Source of the DNA: Polymyxa betae A26-41
Lineage: Eukaryota; Protista; Endomyxa: Phytomyxea
Direction: 5' to 3'
Length of the DNA stretch: 40,707 nt
Assembly: GCA_003693705.1 (NCBI GenBank)
Contig: RBZT01000532.1
Location: forward strand, 1-40,707
Below are positions 34,543 to 40,707 of the stretch, piece after piece. A model generated the notes under the pieces. It made no database searches. It was given only the letters and a program-made list of their open reading frames with translations, and was not told the origin of the DNA. Both the position numbers and the translations under genes were made by a program. The number at the start of each line of letters is the position of its first letter. The first letter of the stretch is position 1.

Positions 34543-36456
34543 TTAACTGTATACTAATTCACTGGGACTTTGAAAAGCCAGTTCAGTATCTTTTCTGGTT
34601 CCAAGTAATTCGTAATTCGATCCTTCTCTAACAGTTGTGCTTTTAATAGTTGCAATCTCTTCTCCCGCTCCATTTTCAGTTCTTTCTCCATTTTTCTAAA
34701 CGCGATTCGTGTTTGGATTTCATATGTCTTTCTTCGAGCATTTTCGTTTTGAATTTCTGCAATTGTAAGATGGGTCGCCCAATTAAGCAGCAGATGTACC
34801 TGTTAGAAGCATTTGGTACTTATCGCTGAAAAAGCGTTCGATTGATGTCTTCCGGTTCAACCATTGTTGCTCTAGATGACTCCGCCGATCTTTAAAAGCA
34901 GCGTACTGGACCCTCTGATAATCTCTTTCTAGCTTGAGTGCTTGTTTGAAGATTTTACCAACTATTGTTAACTAAGCATCAAATGATAAACCGTGACAAT
35001 CCGACTTTGATATTGCAAAGTTTCGTCGCGAATCTTCCGCATTGTTGATTCATCCCTAGAGAGGCCTTTTTCTATTTTAGATTTCCATATTTGCTCATGA
35101 CGCCGCTCTCTTGAAGCCATTTTTAAAAGCTGCTGGTTCCTGAGTTCATCCTCAGCCTGTCTCTTTCCATTCATTGCACTCAGCTGCTTCAAAAGCATAT
35201 CTACGTTATTTCATCTGTCAGATCTGAATAAAGTAGAGGCTTTCCTACTTTGGCGTTCACTGAACAAAATTGGCTGCGAGTGCTTTTGGTTTCCAGCAAC
35301 AGGATCGGGGTCTTCGCTCACATTACCTTTTTCGTGTTGCTCTTCAATGACATAAGGACTGGACTTCAGATCTGGATCTGCTTTGCTACGGCTATTTAAT
35401 GCCTACGACATGGCTTATTGACGTTTTTCACTTTGGACAGCTTCTTACTAAAGCGATCACCCTTGAGATATAGCTAAGGGCCATGCTATTACCAGCTACG
35501 ATTTTGTCAGCAAGTTCACAATCTATTTTGGTGCCAATAAACTTTGAAAGCGCCTAATGGATTTTATAAGTGTCGAATAAGGAATAAAAAACCAGAATCA
35601 GTAACCTTCAGTGCTAAACGAGCATTGATCAGATAGTCTCTTCTTAGCAATGGTCGTCGAACCACTTCTTTAAGCCGCTTTTGTATTATTGCCTTACGAA
35701 GATCAATAACTCTGAAAAAAGAGTGGAGATAGTGGACTGACTTCAACAATGAGCGTTAAGACGCTGCTAGCATTCTCTTGTAGTTCCTATACAATGTTCA
35801 AATGCTTAATTGCTAATCAAGTAATCGTTAAACCTTCCAGTTCGAGAGCATCGGAAATTTCAGTGCCTCCATGTAGCTATTCCAGGTTAGAAGGTCGGTA
35901 TCGCCTGCAGCATTGTGTGGATTAATAATTGGCAGAGAAGAGAACGCGCTTACCTGGAACCTCTGATGGTTCATCTTCGAAAGAATCCAGATCAGGTTCT
36001 GGTGCGATTGGACTGCCGTCCAGAGCCTCTATCACTTCAATGCACTTTTGGATTGCCTGATAATCACCATTGCAGACCAACTCTGGAGTTACGCCTAATT
36101 TGGAATTGTTGTTAGTTTCCGCGAGCCACTACAAGAGAGCAACCTTTCAGCTTGATTTGAATATTTCGCTCAACAGCTGTGATAAACACTTGTGCATTAA
36201 AGCAGTGGTCTTCAAACGTTATAGGTGATCTTAGCAGGTCAGACAAAATTCAATTTGTTGATAACTTCTACCGATTCACATCTGGAAACTTCTTTTTCAG
36301 AAGCAGCTGCAGAGTGGCAACGAGAAAAGCAGAAGCGTGAAGACGAAATTCTGCATAATTTGCGAAGATTGTTTCATCTCCAAGCTCATTTAAAATCCTA
36401 TGGGCTCGAGCCAGTATCGTAGCCTCAATAGCAGCAGCGTCTTCAGCATCCGTCAT
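34543..36456 (-). CDS. CEP95-like centrosomal coiled-coil protein
   Basis: The spliced N-terminus (SPITFEDHCFNAQVFITAVERNIQIKLKGVTPELVCNGDYQAIQKCIEVIEAL) resembles the CEP95 N-terminal CH-like domain as I recall it. The C-terminal coiled coil (IFKQALKLER...SIERFFSDKYQML...) also fits. Central exons not resolved. Confidence 0.65.
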
Positions 36457-37043
36457 CCTTGCGGATTGAAATTGTTTTTGAGGTCATACGAGGGTGCAGT
36501 CACACAGCCGAGTGCACTGATATCTCATTTACCTAATGAAATTATAAGAGAAGAAATGTTGCAGTATCCGCTCAGAAATGATTGCAAGTCTATGTTATTC
36601 CTGGTAGAGCGCCGGTAAAACTGGCATTATTCTGAGGGTGACAATGCAGGCCGTTTCTGGTTTTCAACAATCCATTCCATTCAATTAGAAATCTATATTA
36701 AACGTCTATTCACCGCCAACACTAAAACTATCTTCTTGCACCTTGATGTCTAAGGACGTGAGATTGCCTTAGTGCCCATGGCCCACGACAAACAACTATT
36801 GAAGGCATGACGTAGCACGACACTGATATCAAATATAAATCAAGCAGTTTGCAAACCCAAGTTGACAATGACGAGTCCGAGCAACAACTGGAATGAGAAA
36901 GCCAATGATGTCATCTATAAGACGATTGAGTGCTTGTCTATATGTGTATACTAGTTGTGGCTTGAATTCTTTGCGTATTCAGTATTCACTTCCGTCTTGG
37001 TTCTGTCAATCGGTGCGTCTAGTATTGCAGCGAAATCTTCGCC

Positions 37044-37741
37044 ATGCAAGACACCCCCCAGCCTGGCCAGTCATTTCGCTTCGCGATCAGCGCATCGCAG
37101 CCGGTCCGTCAGCAAATTAGCCGGTTGTGGCGGGCGCTGAGAAGCCATTCGACGGTTGTTGTTACCGGCCTAGGCCAAGCGCTTGCTACGGTGGTCGATG
37201 TTGTTGAAACACTAAAGAACAAGGATTTGGTTACGATTCAGTCTGTGAGAACCTCCTCTGTTAGCCATCCCGAGAAGCGTATTTCGGTACTTTGCTGTTA
37301 GCCCAAATATTCTGTCTCTGATATCATGCCCTTAGACTCCGCAACTTGATATTACCATCTCTTTGAGTGGTCCGAGAGTTCTTCCAGAAGATCGACAGAA
37401 GCAGGTCAAATCACTGTTCAAAAAGCTAAGTTCTTCCAAGTCAGGAAGACTTTCAGTTAACGATTTGTATGTGAAGTTGTAATTCTAGTAGCTGCTATTC
37501 ATTGCTTGATTGTAGAATGAATTTGGAATTATCCAAAGCTATTCCTTCAGCAGCAGAAAGTGATTTGGCCTATGCTGTTAATCGATTGATGGTTCTTGAT
37601 TCCTACAGTGATGGGCATATTGAGATGAAGGATTGGCAAGCCTATATTGCTTCGTTTTGTCCTGATGGAATGAATGACGAGCAGTTTGCTGATGTTGTAA
37701 AGCACATCGAAAGCAAGGTCGTCGTCCAAGCTCAGTCATGA
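37044..37741 (+). CDS. Alba-domain protein fused to an EF-hand pair
   Basis: Alba signature VVVTGLGQALATVVDVVETLK...IQSVRTS...PQLDITI, then LFKKLSSSKSGRLSVNDL and LDSYSDGHIEMKDW. Introns at about 37288-37336 and 37467-37515 keep the frame open. Confidence 0.8.
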
Positions 37742-38053
37742 TTATTTTTCACATTTATCGATAATGGTTTTAATACAAATGAACGGTTTCATGAGAATAC
37801 AAAAAGGCAGAAAATGTATATATTTTTTACCAGACAAAACAGGCCATCCCAAAAATCCAAATCGTCTTTTTCTAAAAACGGTCCAAAAAACCCAAATTGC
37901 AATTTTCGAAAACAAAATCAAATTTCTAAAATTACACCATCCCATCCATCCTGGATCTACCTCCGGAAGCCGCGGTAAATGCTGGAAAGCAGCGTAACTT
38001 TGTTTTTTATTTAATTTTTATTTGAAACATCTTTTATATGTACAGTAGCAGAG

Positions 38054-38933
38054 CTATGAAGACAAAGCGTCATCGCTTTCCTCGTCCTCCCTAACAGTCA
38101 GTGTGACCATCAAGCGCATTGGCTTCTGAGCATCGCTATAAACGATCCTCTTTTTCGACGCTCGTTTTAACGGGATTCGATAGTTCAACTTCATAGTTCA
38201 GCACCTTCCGCTCTTGGTCCCGAAATAATTTCCGCAGCGCTTCTGTCTCAGAAATTTTCGATGCAAGTATAAGCTCGTGAGCATCCGAAATCTTATCGCG
38301 TATTGTGAAAAGAACGCGGAGGCCGTCATTGCTCACCTTCACTGTAGTAGAACTGTAGAAGTGCTAGCTATCATCTTAAAAATTATCAGGACTTTGTCGC
38401 GACAGGTAAAACTGTCGAAATATGTTGATTGCTCATGTAACCCGATCGACATGCACGCAATATTATTCGTTGTTTTTGGCGTGGAGCGCACAGACCTCAA
38501 GCTGGGCCTTGACGTTGGGGTCAACGGCTCTGTCGCTTGCCTTTTTAAAGACCCAACGAGCAGATTATTTGGTGGCTCTGGAAAACCCTGCTGCGATGTC
38601 TCTATTGATCCTAATTCGGATATCGACAATTTAGAAATCCATACTATCGCACTTTTATGTTACGTTACCAGCTTTGGAGAGTAGGGCCGTCAGCTTAGCC
38701 TTGCATTGTAATATGTGCGCAATTTAGAACTCAGTGTACTTGTCTTAAACTTAGCAAGGGGCGACTCAAGAACTTCGTTGGTATCAGGATCCGTAATGGA
38801 CTCGTGAATCAATTGCGCAGGAGAGAGTTGTTTGCCAGGATAATCATGCTGATAGCGAGAGCAAATCTGGGAAAGGAGCAGGAGCATCATCAGTGAAAGC
38901 GGCGGCGCCAAGCTGCTGGGCGGTTTCAGTCAT
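38054..38933 (-). pseudogene. Frameshifted gene remnant, possibly with a Myb/trihelix-like N-terminus and a coiled-coil C-terminus
   Basis: Consecutive protein-like segments in shifting frames: MTETAQQLGAAAFTDD / LLLLSQICSRYQHDYPGKQLSP... / ...ETEALRKLFRDQERKV... / EDEESDDALSS*. Confidence 0.4.
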
Positions 38934-39094
38934 TGTACCTCTTCCGAACGCATTAACGAATGAGCAAGCCTAACCCATATCTCTCCAATTGGAACGTGCA
39001 CATGCAAAACACAACATGAACTCTGAAAAGCACCTGTCAGTTGATCCTGGCAGCACATAACAGGTCAATGTTTTTTGTCGCCGTGCTCAGTCTT

Positions 39095-40002
39095 GTTTCA
39101 AAAGAGAAGCTTGGGAAGCGGCCGTGCAGAACTCAATTCTGAATTCAAACTCTCCTACGATCGGGATCATTTAAAGACCCGAAATACCCAGGTTTCTACT
39201 ATATAAAGACGTCCACTGATAGGCTTATTCCCGACTTTTAGTTACGAAAAGACTACGATATAGTTCGATCTATCAAAGGAATGAGCGGTTTCGGGTGGAT
39301 TCTTCTCGGCACATCGCAACTGCTTCAGATTCAGTTTGAGCAGATTACATCGACGTATGTCCATGTCAGGGTTTCTTTGCGAGGTTGACCTTGATATGTA
39401 AAAACATTTGAAAACAAAGAAATGGAGAAGTACACACTTTCCTTTGTTCCCTTTGCTTGAACAACTTTACGAAGACACTATAGCGGTCGGTGCGTTCGCG
39501 TACTCAGCTGCCTCTTCGACCGGAATAGTTGCTGTCCCTTCTAAATCGCCGAATAGCGATAGCTGCGAATTTAGCAATGATTCGGATGATAATGCCGAAA
39601 AGGAGCCGCTGTCGCCAAAAGTATCTGTGGAAGCAACAGATTTGAAGACTCCTCCTTCATCTCTGCCATCAGCGCTAAGCGAAATCGCCCTAAACGAATT
39701 CGGGAAAACGGAGCAAGTAGACTTGCAGCTTCATTGGACCAGATGAATCGGATTAGCGAACAGGGATATGAAATTCTTGAAAAGTTAGTCACCGAATCTC
39801 CCGAGAAAAATAGGCGAAGGAGAATGTATCCGAGCTCGCCGTGGATGCTATTGACGGCGTAGACCTGGATGATTTCGAAAAAGTTCAAGCTTTCAACGTT
39901 GTATTAGAAGAGGCAAAGGCGAGGATTTTCCTACGTATGAAACCGCATTTGCAATTGCTTTGGGTACGTGACCAAATTCCGAAATCGTTAAATTTCTACT
40001 AA
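39095..40002 (+). pseudogene. Decayed Myb/SANT-like DNA-binding protein (Myb_DNA-bind_3 type), as in PIF/Harbinger transposons
   Basis: FKREAW...LNSEFKLSYDRDHLKTR/LRKDYDIVRSIKGMSGFGW-DSSRHIATASDSV*ADYI...KKWRSTHFPLFPLLEQLY and C-terminal KARIFLRM...WV. At least two frameshifts, a TGA at a conserved Trp, and a broken splice acceptor. Confidence 0.8.
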
Positions 40003-40107
40003 TGTACCGACTGTAAACTGCCCACATTTTTGTTGCGATATCGTCTCGCATTTGTTTTGCTTGACCGGATTCGGCAGCTTCTTGAGAATCTTGTAACAGT
40101 GCAATTC

Positions 40108-40117
40108 NNNNNNNNNC
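40108..40117. other. Assembly gap (10 N)
   Basis: Run of N. Confidence 1.
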
Positions 40118-40183
40118 CGTGATGGTTTGCAGACGTGCTGTTGATAGAGTGCTTAATAATTAATAGTTTCATTCACAGAGCTG

Positions 40184-40459
40184 TTGGCGAAGTTGTCTGA
40201 TATGAAAGCCAAAGAAAATGCCAAAAATCGGAAGCAGCAGTCACTGCCGAAAGAAATCGGAGAGTACTGTTTCCCGAAGGATTCGCTTGGTTTTCTGTTG
40301 GAATCCGTGTATGAAGATTTCGTGCACCTCAACCAAAACAATAACGTTGTTTTTGACATCAATACCAGCAGCTTAGGTCAAAAAACTAGAAATCAGGTTT
40401 TCGCCCACCTTCAGAAGCGCTGCCAGGAAGATGCAGGTAAACCAACACAAAAACGATAG
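40184..40459 (+). CDS. Possible coding exon of unknown protein, partial, after the gap
   Basis: 91-codon open frame with protein-like composition and a good donor site (GCAG|GTAAAC) near 40437. No motif recognised. Confidence 0.3.
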   Translation: MAKLSDMKAKENAKNRKQQSLPKEIGEYCFPKDSLGFLLESVYEDFVHLNQNNNVVFDINTSSLGQKTRNQVFAHLQKRCQEDAGKPTQKR

Positions 40460-40707
40460 ACATTTGCTCACAAAATCCATGATGACCTTTCCTGCATTTT
40501 TCAATAAAACTTGTATCGCAAAATAGGGTTAGGGTTTACATAGGTACAAAGACAGTAAATAAACCGGAAGACTGACCTGAACGTCCAGATTGGCATCAAT
40601 GCTTAGGATGTGATCGATAGAATCGTGAGAAAGTATATGAGAAGAATGGTCAGAGGAGCGATTCGATCTGTGACATGATGTTAACATGAAAATGATTAGG
40701 AGATGGG

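Noticed and set aside
35915-36618. Plus-strand ORFs suggesting a separate gene
   Set aside because: The minus strand gives a coherent spliced CEP95-like N-terminus over most of the same interval.
40524-40537. TAGGGTTAGGGTTT telomere-like sequence
   Set aside because: Only about two units, compatible with chance or a telo-box, not a telomeric array.

Overview
This is gene-dense eukaryotic genomic DNA with many short GT-AG introns, mostly about 45-55 nt, so the ORF track fragments most genes. A chitin synthase, a CEP95-like centriolar protein, a multi-intron PPR gene, an intronless 7TM protein and several secreted low-complexity proteins together suggest a flagellated, chitin-walled protist. 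A plasmodiophorid/Phytomyxea is most likely (inference, not confirmed). The housekeeping core includes TRM61, a makorin E3, RPS4, MFSD5, SLC35B3, Ku80, NTF2, mitochondrial uS15 and two C2H2 transcription factors. The left 5 kb is a gene-sparse island of four putatively secreted proteins beside a probable Tc1/mariner end. It includes a 58-aa ORF missed by the ORF track that shares an EHGxGxGxLFxxNxxxF motif with a His/Asp-rich 86-aa secreted peptide. Other notable items are an Alba plus EF-hand fusion, a small SIAMESE/SMR-like protein behind a structured leader, and decayed Myb/SANT (Harbinger-type) pseudogenes at the right end. Exon boundaries were inferred by hand and no database searches were run.
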